DNA of 64,000 bases from Candidatus Poribacteria bacterium. Lineage in GTDB: Bacteria > Poribacteria > WGA-4E > PCPOR2b. The stretch's first letter is position 1. Each line of letters opens with the position of its first letter. Location: contig OZ220744.1 in assembly GCA_965116925.1 (NCBI GenBank), forward strand, positions 2,944,001 through 3,008,000, read 5' to 3'. A model generated the notes under the pieces. The model made no database searches, had not been told where the DNA came from, and was given only the letters and a program-made list of their open reading frames with translations. Both the position numbers and the translations under genes were made by a program. Shown here piece by piece: positions 31,401 to 39,824 of the stretch.

Positions 31401-32296
31401 AGCATCTGTCCCTGCGTGAGCGGCACCGCTTCAGGGAGAGACAGCGTTTCTCGAATCAACTGTCTTAAGTTCGGGTCGGGTATTTCTACAATGACATTGA
31501 ACTCCTCACTGATTTCAATGTCCAACTCTACCCCCTCAAGTTCAAGCAGGGGGCTAAAGTCGTGGAAAGGATTATCAGCAATGTGCAACTCCGTTAGATT
31601 TTTTAATTCAATTAGTGGAGTGATATCCGTAATCTCATTTCTGTTAAGCCGCAGTTTTTCCAACAGGGTGAGGTTGGCAAGGGGACTGATGTCGCGAATC
31701 TGATTCTTGTCCAAGCGCAAATGGGTTAGTTGCGTCAAATTCGCGAGTATTGTGATGTCTTCAACCGAATTGTCGTTTATCCAGAATTCCCGAAGATTGA
31801 TAAGATTGGCAAGAGGATTTAAGTCAACGATTTGATTTGATTGAAGATGCAAAGCAGTAAGATTGGTTAAGTCAGCCAATGGACTAATATCCGATATGTT
31901 GTTGTGTCCTAGAAAGACTCCTCTCAGATTCGTCAGGTTACGGAGCGGGCTCAAATCAACAATGCGGCACCCCCAGAGATTAACTCCCTTTAGTTTTGTA
32001 AGATGGGCTAAGGGACTGATAGCTACGATTGGGTTGCGATATAAAAGGAGTGATGTAAGGTTGGGAGCATGTTCTAGACCCGTTAAATTGGTTATGCCTT
32101 TTTCCACAGCTTCCAGCTTCGTGAGTCGTGACATCTCCTGCTGTGTGATAGGGATTTCGTCGGGGAGTTCAAGTGCTTCACGGATAGCTTTCTCAAGATT
32201 TGGATCGGGGATGTCTACCACTTGAGCAGAGACAGTACTGCACCAATAAATGAGTATGATAAAGCCGCACAAACAGCAACGCACTAAAGTCCTCAT
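28454..32296 (-). CDS. Large secreted internalin-like LRR protein with a putative glycoside-hydrolase-like TIM-barrel domain, dockerin and FlgD-Ig/T9SS-CTD-like domain
   Basis: Signal peptide; three capped LRR modules (I/V-PDPNL...LxxLxxLxLxxNxIxDISPL); FWLRD...YDGVFLD...GTFMET domain; dockerin DLNKDGVVNVLDL / DINGDGTTNILDL; NYPNPFNPETWIPY...YWDG...TRRMVIVK. Confidence 0.88.
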   Translation of the reverse strand: MRTLVRCCLCGFIILIYWCSTVSAQVVDIPDPNLEKAIREALELPDEIPITQQEMSRLTKLEAVEKGITNLTGLEHAPNLTSLLLYRNPIVAISPLAHLTKLKGVNLWGCRIVDLSPLRNLTNLRGVFLGHNNISDISPLADLTNLTALHLQSNQIVDLNPLANLINLREFWINDNSVEDITILANLTQLTHLRLDKNQIRDISPLANLTLLEKLRLNRNEITDITPLIELKNLTELHIADNPFHDFSPLLELEGVELDIEISEEFNVIVEIPDPNLRQLIRETLSLPEAVPLTQGQMLRLTELDAGGNRGITDLTGMEYATNLQSLDLDLNPIVAISPLTHLTKLKGVTLWGCDIVDLSPLHNLKNLRGVFLGHNNISDISPLGELTNLTALHLQSNQIVDLNPLADLINLRELWIQGNSVADITILANLTLLEELRLNRNEITDVTPLIGLKNLMELHIADNPFHDFSPLLELEGVELDIEISEGFNIVVEVPDPNLRQLIREALSLPEVVPLTQGQMLRLTRLDAGGNRGITNLTGLEYATNIRFLILYLNPIVAISPLTHLTKLEGVTLWGCHITDLSPLRNLENLRGVSLGHNRISDISPLGELTNLTYLHLQSNQIVDFSPLANLINLRALWIHDNFGTDISPLQGLNLTDFRYDEVCDIEPLLPLARDRIKNRSFPSVFQAWNDVVGLDHLTREQRHVLHDLFFNSGLRLKWDTTLAEPTYGVAIQRAGYLEGARETRQRQLAQNPNMIFLHDVRIYHHDRPEAFPPGSDFWLRDAQGQIIRNANNEYLINFLKPEVQDLLIKRIISFERCGLYDGVFLDGFHNNFTGFMGRRHYPVSNEEIIQVMLNILRAVRSQVREDFLVLINTNRTKATRYTEYVNGTFMETLTDNHFSDNPGGYTHGGLYEIEDTLTWSEEKFRSPQINCLEGWGIPTEPPDSPDNRRWMRVFTTMSLTHSDGYVMYTTGTGAIPGPDPDAIYPWGPGHEHFWYPFWDANLGHPIGPKAQLYQNVEGLFIREFTNGWAVYNRSGSAQAISLPESAIPVSDRGNSAASTTHQLPDLDGEIYLKAAVEPPTLPYDLNKDGVVNVLDLILTAQNFGSTEGDINGDGTTNILDLILVAQHLGVTSTPAAPAAVPASLSPEKVQEWIDIAHAHNDGSIAFVQGIATLERLLASMVPDKTMLRANYPNPFNPETWIPYHLANDTVVRISIYDIHGALVRQLNLGHQRAGYYTNRTKAAYWDGCNEIGESVASGVYFYTLTTDDYTGTRRMVIVK

Positions 32297-32308
32297 TTAC
32301 CCTCCAAC

Positions 32309-33193
32309 CTACCGATAAATCCCCGCCGCCATATAACCAACCACCTGATCCCGCCCCCCGATCGGGACATCGCCAGAGTTCGCCGCTTTCAGCACCTCAA
32401 TCCGGTTCCCGCCCAACGCTTGCGCCACTCGCATTGTTGTATAGATCGCGCCGGTGCTGCACATCATGCAGTGAAAATTTTTGGTGGGGTGGATCTGCAT
32501 ATATTCATCCATCTGCTTACGCAAATAATCGGAGTCGAAACGCTCAATCGCCTCAATGACAACCTGATCCGATTTACGCGCTTCCTTGTAGGTGGGATAA
32601 TGGCAGAGATCTGTACTCCCGATCAATAGGGGAGATCGATCGTCCATCGCTTCTGCAACTGCCTGACTCAAAGGAATCACATTTTCAGGGGAGTCATCCT
32701 GCAACAAGATAGGAACGATACGGAAGTCGGAGAGAATGTGCTGTAGAAAGGGGAGCTGTACTTCGAGACTATGCTCGTTTGCGTGAACGGGTGGCAGGTC
32801 AACGATGTCGCTGTTCAGACGCATAATTTCAGATGCGAGATCTTCATCGATCGGGATATCGCCAAGCGGCGTACGGAACGCGCCACGTGCATAAATCGCT
32901 GCGTCGTCAATTCGGTAACGATGGCTCAACCCGAGCAGCACCACTGTGTCGAAAGATTGTCCTATCAGCTGTTTGTAGGCATACCCCGCGACATGACCAG
33001 AGTAGACATAACCGGCATGGGGCGCAATTAGACCGATGAGCGTGCTATCGGTTTCTTTCAACTCCGCAGTATCAATAAATTTTTCCACCTGTGCGGATAG
33101 GACTTGCGGCGAATCCGGATAGAAACTGCCAGCGACAGCAGGAAAGCGAACGGTTTCAGTCTGTGTAGTCTTCCTTCTCCAACTGATACCCAT
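32309..33193 (-). CDS. amrB: AmmeMemoRadiSam system protein B (MEMO1 family)
   Basis: PAVAGSFYP, APHAGYVYSG, EHSLEVQLPFLQ, STDLCHY and NSGD...VVGY. Confidence 0.93.
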   Translation of the reverse strand: MGISWRRKTTQTETVRFPAVAGSFYPDSPQVLSAQVEKFIDTAELKETDSTLIGLIAPHAGYVYSGHVAGYAYKQLIGQSFDTVVLLGLSHRYRIDDAAIYARGAFRTPLGDIPIDEDLASEIMRLNSDIVDLPPVHANEHSLEVQLPFLQHILSDFRIVPILLQDDSPENVIPLSQAVAEAMDDRSPLLIGSTDLCHYPTYKEARKSDQVVIEAIERFDSDYLRKQMDEYMQIHPTKNFHCMMCSTGAIYTTMRVAQALGGNRIEVLKAANSGDVPIGGRDQVVGYMAAGIYR

Positions 33194-33206
33194 CCGTCTT
33201 CTCCTG

Positions 33207-33605
33207 CTATTCAGTCTCTGTCTCTGGTTCTTCCGATGGCGTTTCAGTTGTCGATTCTGAGGTTTCCGGCGTCGGGGGAGGCGGAGGATTGTTCGCTATC
33301 CGTATATAGGTCATCCGGAGATTGTATAACGTATTATCCAACAGATTGCTTTCGGGCGCAGTTAGGTTGCCCTTTGTCTTCTCTTTGAGAAGATCAATTG
33401 TGTCGATTGTTCGTTTTGCCATTTCGAGATCAACGAAAAACTCTTTTGTCTCCGGATTTTGAAGCCCACCGAGGTAAGCAAATGCAGTTGTCCCAAGCTC
33501 TGCAATGAATGCAGAAAAATCGACGGGCGGCAATTTAGGTCTCTCTTGTTCAGTCGGTTGGCTGCTGTCTGAAATCGATTCCTTCGATTCTTCTGCCATC
33601 TGCAC
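33207..33605 (-). CDS. DUF1844 family protein
   Basis: PPVDFSAFI...DLEMAKRTID...LKEKTKGNLT..E..LL...LY.LRM. Confidence 0.85.
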   Translation of the reverse strand: MQMAEESKESISDSSQPTEQERPKLPPVDFSAFIAELGTTAFAYLGGLQNPETKEFFVDLEMAKRTIDTIDLLKEKTKGNLTAPESNLLDNTLYNLRMTYIRIANNPPPPPTPETSESTTETPSEEPETETE

Positions 33606-33804
33606 ACCTCCTTAATAGCTACGCCATCACTAAATAACCTTGGGGGTGAGTTGATTAGGATATTAATTGCAAGGGGCCATTCATTCAACAGGTCATCCAT
33701 AAATCGATGACTCGATGAACAAATTGTTTTCACGTTTTACGTTTCACGTCTCAGTTGTGGCAGTAGGCACACCGCATCACGAATATAACAAGAGCAATTA
33801 TTGC

Positions 33805-34173
33805 TTATTCGTCGAAGATAATGATCTGTGCAGGGAGCGATCCGGCTTGATTGTTGTGTTCTGGATTCTCATTCATCGCAAGAAAAATCACGCCCTCAGC
33901 CGGTGCAGCGTTGTCGTACCGTGACCCAACAGCAAACACCATATCATCGATCTTTGCGATTAATGCGCCGACGTTGGCACCGGGCATCAGGAAACCTTCT
34001 TCAGCGGGCAAATTGGCGATGCCATCAGCACCGCACCAGCAGATGCGATTCTGTGTATCTGGAGACCATGCCCCCTGCGCATCAATGACCATGCGTTGTC
34101 CTTTGTTAACACGAACATATGTCTCTTGCCAGACCGGACTCGGACGGGCTGTATGAATAATAGTTAATGCCAT
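33805..34173 (-). CDS. LecA/PA-IL-like small beta-sandwich lectin-like protein
   Basis: 122 aa; pattern G.RMVIDAQGAWS...GADG...GALIAKI...G.IFLAMNE...NNQAGS parallels PA-IL (G.VITIVAAGWAS...GPQG...GALVMKI...GAITLIYND...NNSGS, recalled from memory). Confidence 0.65.
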   Translation of the reverse strand: MALTIIHTARPSPVWQETYVRVNKGQRMVIDAQGAWSPDTQNRICWCGADGIANLPAEEGFLMPGANVGALIAKIDDMVFAVGSRYDNAAPAEGVIFLAMNENPEHNNQAGSLPAQIIIFDE

Positions 34174-34298
34174 AAAAAATCCTTTCTTTTAATCAATATG
34201 GGTTCCAAGAAGAAATGAACAAACTTATAAAAATGCAAATGAGCAAGAAAAACAGTCGGTGCCCTGTCCTCATTGCTCATTTGCACTATCGATTACTT

Positions 34299-34901
34299 TT
34301 AGCCTTTTTCGCGAACCTTGACCGTCATGATCTGGTCACCTACTGCAATGCTGTCGATCACATCGAGACCTTTCGTGACGCGACCAAACAGGGTGTAGTC
34401 GCTATCTAATATAATCGTGTCGAGGCAGATGAAGAATTGAGTGGCATCTGCAACAGTCGCGCCCTCCGCTTTTGCCATAGCGAGGATTCCTCTCACCGGT
34501 TGGTGATCACTCGTCTCAATCGCTATCGTATCTTCGGTGGGAAAACGCGATCCAGCTTGAATCAGTTGTCCGGATTCAACGCGATGGAATGTCGCATGAT
34601 TATAATATTCCAACCGTGCATTCTTGAGAAAGTTTTCCACAGTGTTGGGTGCCACGTCCGCAAAAAACTCGACCTCAATTGCCCCCTTGTCTGTCTCAAT
34701 GACAGCCATAGCGTTGTGGATGTCAATTTCTTTTTTTTCTGTTTGCATCGTGTCAGCCGATACTGTCGGACGTGCCTTCGGCTTGGGTGGACCCTTCTGT
34801 TCCTGCGAACAGCTTACAAGGTATACGGTAAACAATGCTGCGAGGAGCATCACAGTAAAACGTTCAATGTAGCTTCGTCGGTTTTTATTCTGAAGTAACA
34901 T
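34299..34901 (-). CDS. Cyclophilin-type PPIase lipoprotein (divergent)
   Basis: Lipobox LVSC; IETDKG, APNTVENF, FHRV, LAMA, TQFFI and YTLFG.V..GLDV. Confidence 0.87.
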   Translation of the reverse strand: MLLQNKNRRSYIERFTVMLLAALFTVYLVSCSQEQKGPPKPKARPTVSADTMQTEKKEIDIHNAMAVIETDKGAIEVEFFADVAPNTVENFLKNARLEYYNHATFHRVESGQLIQAGSRFPTEDTIAIETSDHQPVRGILAMAKAEGATVADATQFFICLDTIILDSDYTLFGRVTKGLDVIDSIAVGDQIMTVKVREKG

Positions 34902-35463
34902 ATTTTGACTTCGCCTCCAATCGAACTTTTTTCATTTCGTCGCCGACCCTTAACAGATCTACGACTGCCATACCCTGAATAACTTGACCAAACGTTGTGT
35001 ACCGGCCGTCTAAGAACGGTTGCGCTTTTAGACAGATATAAAACTGACTTCCTGCCGAGTTGGGGTTGCCTGTGTTTGCCATGGCAATTGTCCCTCGTTG
35101 ATGAGGAACCTGGTTCGGGTTGGTATGTTCATCAATGATAGTATACCCGGGACCACCCGTCCCATCCCCGTTCGGATCGCCTCCCTGAATAATATTCAGG
35201 CCTGGTTTGTCCACTCTACGATGAAATGTTAGCCAGTCGTAGAATTTCTTCTTAGTGAGTTTCTTAAAGTTATCAACAGTAGCAGGTGCTGCGTCCGGAT
35301 ACAATTCAATTACAATTTTCCCTTTATCCGTTGTTATCACAACCACCTGCTCCGCTTCCTCCATCATTTGACCACCACCACTTGAAGCAGCACAGCCAAT
35401 CCAAGTGGATAGCGGAAGTAGCATCGCAAATACGGAAGTGGTAAGCAGAATACGTTTTCGCAT
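34885..35463 (-). CDS. Cyclophilin-type PPIase lipoprotein
   Basis: Lipobox WIGC; TTDKG, APATVDNF, FYD.LTFHR, IQGGDP.G.GTGGPGY, AMAN and SAGSQFYI. Confidence 0.92.
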   Translation of the reverse strand: MRKRILLTTSVFAMLLPLSTWIGCAASSGGGQMMEEAEQVVVITTDKGKIVIELYPDAAPATVDNFKKLTKKKFYDWLTFHRRVDKPGLNIIQGGDPNGDGTGGPGYTIIDEHTNPNQVPHQRGTIAMANTGNPNSAGSQFYICLKAQPFLDGRYTTFGQVIQGMAVVDLLRVGDEMKKVRLEAKSKYVTSE

Positions 35464-35814
35464 CACTACCCCTTTCCTCGTTGTTAGGGACACGGATTCT
35501 ATCTCAGCGTTCGCCGGAGCAAATCCTGATTGCATATAGATGTAAGGCAGACGTTGATCTGCACGGTCTCAGAAGGAACTTTATACGAATTAAAACACAT
35601 TAAATACTAGCATAGCAAAGATTAACAGAAAAGTCAAGATTTTCGTAAGACCAGTAAGGGCTATTTCGTTTTCCGCTTTTTGACCGATTTCAAGATGGCC
35701 CGAACCGTAGGTGCCTGCATCTCCCAATTCCATCGGGATTCTCGGAACGGAACCGATCGATCGGGGCAATAACATGGGAGAACTAAACGTTCCTAGAGCA
35801 CGACTCAAATTCGC

Positions 35815-35843
35815 TTGACACCGCTGAAGCCTAGTGATAACAT
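35815..35843 (+). promoter_or_regulatory. Sigma-70-type promoter for the PhyH gene
   Basis: TTGACA-N17-TAACAT. Confidence 0.55.
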
Positions 35844-35916
35844 TGAAAATATTCTATATGCGCGCAAAGCATGGCATTCGGGATACATACCATGATTAGA
35901 GGAGGCTTATAACTGA

Positions 35917-36741
35917 ATGGATTTCTTTCAACTGACTGAGGCGCAACGCCGGGACTTTGATGCGGACGGTTTTCTCATTATTCCGCAAGCTATTGATGCC
36001 GAGACCGTTGCCCGTCTGACTCAAGCAGGGGACCGATTGATGAAATCATTCATGAACGATCCGAAAAGCGTCTATCTGCAACGCCGCGACGGAATCGTGC
36101 AGGAAGAAGCATTCGATTCGCTCATCTCTAACTCGACAACTATTTCACGAGTCGTTCAGTTGCTCAGTCCTAATATCCATCTCCACACCGCTTCACTAAT
36201 CTACAAGAAGCCCCAACCTCCTGACACAACGCCTCCTGACCGTGGCTGGCACCGTGATATCGGTATCGCAGAAGACTTGGGTCACGTAGGCTTGCCACGA
36301 GTTGGAATAAAGGTTTGCTACTGCCTGACAGACTTTCTTGAACCTAACTCCGGTATGACTTTGATGGCACGCGGAAGCCATCAGAGTGGTGAACCGTTGG
36401 CTATTCGCAAGGGCGAACCCGATCCGCCGACAGTAGTCGATCCGTGTTTACGCGCTGGCGATGCTATCTTTTTTGAAAATCGGATTTTCCATACCGCAGC
36501 ACCCAACTTGAGCGATTCCACCTCAAAGGTGATAATCTACGGCTACGCCTATCGATGGATGAAGGTCGATGTCAATCTCGATCCGCCGGATGAACAAGTA
36601 ATAGAGCGAGTGAGCAACGATATCGACAAACAGCTTTTGGGCGCGTATCGGGACGTTGATACTCCGCCCCAAGCCTTGACAGATTGGGCAGGACTTCACG
36701 GAGTCAATCCGGAACGTATATCTTGGGTTGTGGACGCATAG
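35917..36741 (+). CDS. Phytanoyl-CoA dioxygenase (PhyH) family Fe(II)/2OG oxygenase
   Basis: FDADGFLII, WHRD, GSH and AGDAIFF...IFH. Confidence 0.9.
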   Translation: MDFFQLTEAQRRDFDADGFLIIPQAIDAETVARLTQAGDRLMKSFMNDPKSVYLQRRDGIVQEEAFDSLISNSTTISRVVQLLSPNIHLHTASLIYKKPQPPDTTPPDRGWHRDIGIAEDLGHVGLPRVGIKVCYCLTDFLEPNSGMTLMARGSHQSGEPLAIRKGEPDPPTVVDPCLRAGDAIFFENRIFHTAAPNLSDSTSKVIIYGYAYRWMKVDVNLDPPDEQVIERVSNDIDKQLLGAYRDVDTPPQALTDWAGLHGVNPERISWVVDA

Positions 36742-36763
36742 CCAATTCGCACCCGCATCGGTC

Positions 36764-38215
36764 TCAAAAATGGCTTTTCGCGATATACGCTTCCAAATGC
36801 GCTAGGGCGCACCCACTATCAATCGCTTCCTTCGTCCGCTCAACGGCTTCGTGCGGATCCGAGCAAAACCCCAACAGGTAATCAGTCATCGCTGTATTGA
36901 GCACCAGCCGATCATATATCTGCCCTTTCTGACCGGAGAGTGCCTCCATTCCCGCCGATGCAAACGCTTCAGGACTGATCGTTTCTATGCGCGGATTTTT
37001 CTCGTAATCGAATCCGAACTCCGACGGATCTATGTCCAATGAAAAATCTTCACGCCGCCCACCGACACGCCGAAACCCTTGGGAATAGTTTATCGCCTGT
37101 CGTTCTTCCGTCGAAGGATTCCCCAAACGTAAGGCGTAGTGGCTTGTGCCCTCCTCACCTTTGACCACAAGCCCCGCACGAAAACCGCGCTCCCATATCA
37201 ACTGCAGCAACGGTGTTTCATAGCCGGGGTGATAATAACCAATCACCATATAGTTTGCATCGGAAGCAGTGAACAGTTGCTGTGCTTTCTCCGTTGCTGC
37301 CCAAGGGGGACGCTTTTTGATATGCACCCGCAACTCTCGGACATCGTATGCGCCGGGTGCATATTCGCGCTGACTCACGTAAGCAAATCCAACCGCTGGA
37401 TCTTCGATTAAACGTGCTGCTTCCTCAAGGGAGAGGTCCGTGCGAGCACCAAGCACACTCAGAACCTTCTCCTCCGTAATCCCGCTTTTCGGCGGCATCT
37501 CATCAACGCCGTGCAGCACTGACGGCTCACCCAGCGCGGCGCGCACCGCTGCGATAAACAACGTCGGTCTAAAATATCGCGTTGCACCATCGAACGGTTG
37601 ACCGAAATGCGTCAATGATTCAACGGCAACTTTGCGAACCCCCTCTGGACCGAAAGTCGCATCTAGATATCCACGTACCTCATCATAGCTTTCGAGATTC
37701 ATGCGCTGCCCGATGAGGGCTGCCCCCTTCAATGCGCCGCTCATATCTCCATTCAGGATAGCCTCCCCCATTCGGCGTGTTTCATCGTAGCTCAAGTGCC
37801 CGCCTATCAATATCTTTTCAAGGGCTTTTACAACAACCGCTTCATCGGGATTTGTATCGGTATACCCCAATTCTGGCTGCATGATAAACCGAATCTCTGG
37901 AGGCATCAGTCGCTCCAGATCTGGGCGGTATTTGTCGAAAGCCGCGGTTTCCGCTTCGCTCCACTGTGTCTTCTTTGGGAAACCCTTCCGAATCGTCATC
38001 CCGGCGAAAAACGCCCCCATCTGTGCCTCCGAAACCGCTTGATCCTCTGGCAACTCCCCTTTGATCGACCGCAGAATCGTCTCAAGGATCGCAGATGGCT
38101 TGATTGGATCGTCCCCCTTTGCCCCCAAGGGTCGGGTCTGGTGCGGCCCGGTACAAACTCTTGCCAAGGCCTCCTCGACCTCCGCATTGGGTCCTGGATA
38201 CTGTTTTTTGTACAT
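36764..38215 (-). CDS. Glycosyl transferase family 3 / anthranilate phosphoribosyltransferase-like (TrpD-like) protein
   Basis: AQMGAFF, HFGQPFDG, LHGVD.MPPK.G, KRPPWATTEK-like (KRPPWAATEK), GYYHPGY and VKGEEGT; start taken at ATG 38215 after GGAGG. Confidence 0.75.
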   Translation of the reverse strand: MYKKQYPGPNAEVEEALARVCTGPHQTRPLGAKGDDPIKPSAILETILRSIKGELPEDQAVSEAQMGAFFAGMTIRKGFPKKTQWSEAETAAFDKYRPDLERLMPPEIRFIMQPELGYTDTNPDEAVVVKALEKILIGGHLSYDETRRMGEAILNGDMSGALKGAALIGQRMNLESYDEVRGYLDATFGPEGVRKVAVESLTHFGQPFDGATRYFRPTLFIAAVRAALGEPSVLHGVDEMPPKSGITEEKVLSVLGARTDLSLEEAARLIEDPAVGFAYVSQREYAPGAYDVRELRVHIKKRPPWAATEKAQQLFTASDANYMVIGYYHPGYETPLLQLIWERGFRAGLVVKGEEGTSHYALRLGNPSTEERQAINYSQGFRRVGGRREDFSLDIDPSEFGFDYEKNPRIETISPEAFASAGMEALSGQKGQIYDRLVLNTAMTDYLLGFCSDPHEAVERTKEAIDSGCALAHLEAYIAKSHF

Positions 38216-38445
38216 TCTAGCTTGTCCTCCTTCCACAGAGCAGGTAAAGATAGACCATAAGGTATTATACTGGACACAAAAAATTGTGTCAAATCTGGAT
38301 TGCAAATAACGCCGATTGTGCGGATTTTTGTTCCCACTGGCTTTTGGGTTGACTGAAATCACGCCTCCCTCTAAAATATAAGGTGTTGGAAATTGTGTCC
38401 ACTTATTTGGCAGCAGGTTTGTCATGAAAGGTAAGGTGCATTAAA

Positions 38446-39654
38446 ATGACATCACAACGGATTACCGAAATCAGCGTCACCCCAATTCCAGCCCGCTACC
38501 CCCATGAGATTGCTAGGAACGCTTACAACTGGGGCCACGGGTCAATAGGAATCGAATGGCTTACCCGTGCTCGCACCGACGGCGGAGTTGAGGGGCTAGC
38601 AATCAACAAGGGGCACCTCGGAGCAATCGGCAGAGACGGGTCAGTAGCAGACGCTATGAACCAGCTCAAAGCGGTCTTTCTCGGCAAACGATTAGATGAA
38701 CTGCTGCACGTATCCGATGGCCGCGTCACAGGTCCAACAAAAGAGGCGAAACGTGCATTCCGTGGGCAGGGATGGATGAGCATCCTCGCCTACGATTTGG
38801 TCGGCAGGGCACTGGACGTTTCCTGCGTAGACCTACTTGGCGGCAAGAAGCGTGACCGCGTAGATGCCTATGATACAACCCTTTACTTCAGCGACCTGAA
38901 CTTTCCCGAAAAAGGTGCAGCAATGGTCGCCGAACAAGCCAGAGAAGGGTTTGACGCCGGTTGGAGACAATTCAAGATTAAGACCGGTCGGTGCGGTCGC
39001 TGGATGAATCCAGAGGCGGGTGCTCGGCGCGATATCGAGGTTATCCATGCCGTGCGAGAAGCCATTGGACCGAACGCAACGATATTGACCGACGGCAACT
39101 TCGGGTATAGGGATCGCCTAGACCTACTGGAGATGTTCATCCGAGAGACACAACCCGCGGACGTATTCTGGCTTGAGGAGATGGTCCCTCCGAGCGTCGA
39201 AGACTACCGTACGATTAGGGACATCCAAGAGAAGGTTGGTTCAGAGGCGTTGTTGGTATGTGGTGAAGTGGACCCGGATCCAATCAGCGACGTATACGTG
39301 GACATGATGGAAGACGGCTTGATGGACGGTTACCAGCCGGACATCGTCAGGCACGGTTTCTCCCGTTGGAACGATATTGAAGAACAGTTAGACAGGTACG
39401 GTGTCCGGTCGCAGCCACACTGTTTCCACAACGGCGTATTCGGCACACGCGCAGCACTGATCTGGGGAGCAGCTTCCGAGTCGTTCATCACCATTGAAGA
39501 TGAGCGCTGTGCACCGAGCGTATACAAGCCCGACGACTTCACACTTGAGAACGGTTCGTATGCCGTTGCCAACGCACCGGGTCTTGGGTTAGAGGTCGAT
39601 GAAGACATATTCCAGAGCGTGTATGCGGTGAACGAGACGAAGATAAGCGCGTAG
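38446..39654 (+). CDS. Mandelate racemase/muconate lactonizing enzyme family protein
   Basis: YDLVGR...LLGG, FKIK, TDGN, WLEE, YQPD and APGLGLEVD. Confidence 0.87.
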   Translation: MTSQRITEISVTPIPARYPHEIARNAYNWGHGSIGIEWLTRARTDGGVEGLAINKGHLGAIGRDGSVADAMNQLKAVFLGKRLDELLHVSDGRVTGPTKEAKRAFRGQGWMSILAYDLVGRALDVSCVDLLGGKKRDRVDAYDTTLYFSDLNFPEKGAAMVAEQAREGFDAGWRQFKIKTGRCGRWMNPEAGARRDIEVIHAVREAIGPNATILTDGNFGYRDRLDLLEMFIRETQPADVFWLEEMVPPSVEDYRTIRDIQEKVGSEALLVCGEVDPDPISDVYVDMMEDGLMDGYQPDIVRHGFSRWNDIEEQLDRYGVRSQPHCFHNGVFGTRAALIWGAASESFITIEDERCAPSVYKPDDFTLENGSYAVANAPGLGLEVDEDIFQSVYAVNETKISA

Positions 39655-39665
39655 CTGATGCCAAC

Positions 39666-39799
39666 TACAGTGAATTCTAAAAATAAGTAGAAACTTTCGT
39701 TCCCCGTATTTGGTAGGCGCTGTTTCCAACTGCGCTGATGCGGGGTGGGGGAAAACCGCACCGGTTTGGCGTGTCCAATTAATTCTAAAATCTACTATA
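39666..39799. mobile_element. MITE-like element, family B, copy 1 (two REP-like hairpins)
   Basis: Begins TACAGTGAATTCTAAAAATAA and ends TTAATTCTAAAATCTACTATA, like the copies at 42528, 53797 and 57488. Confidence 0.8.
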
Positions 39800-39824
39800 A
39801 TAAAACCAGACAGGAGAAAATTAG

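Noticed and set aside
32309..33193. Complete AmmeMemoRadiSam system
   Set aside because: Only the B (MEMO1) gene is here; no AMMECR1 or radical SAM partner is in the window.
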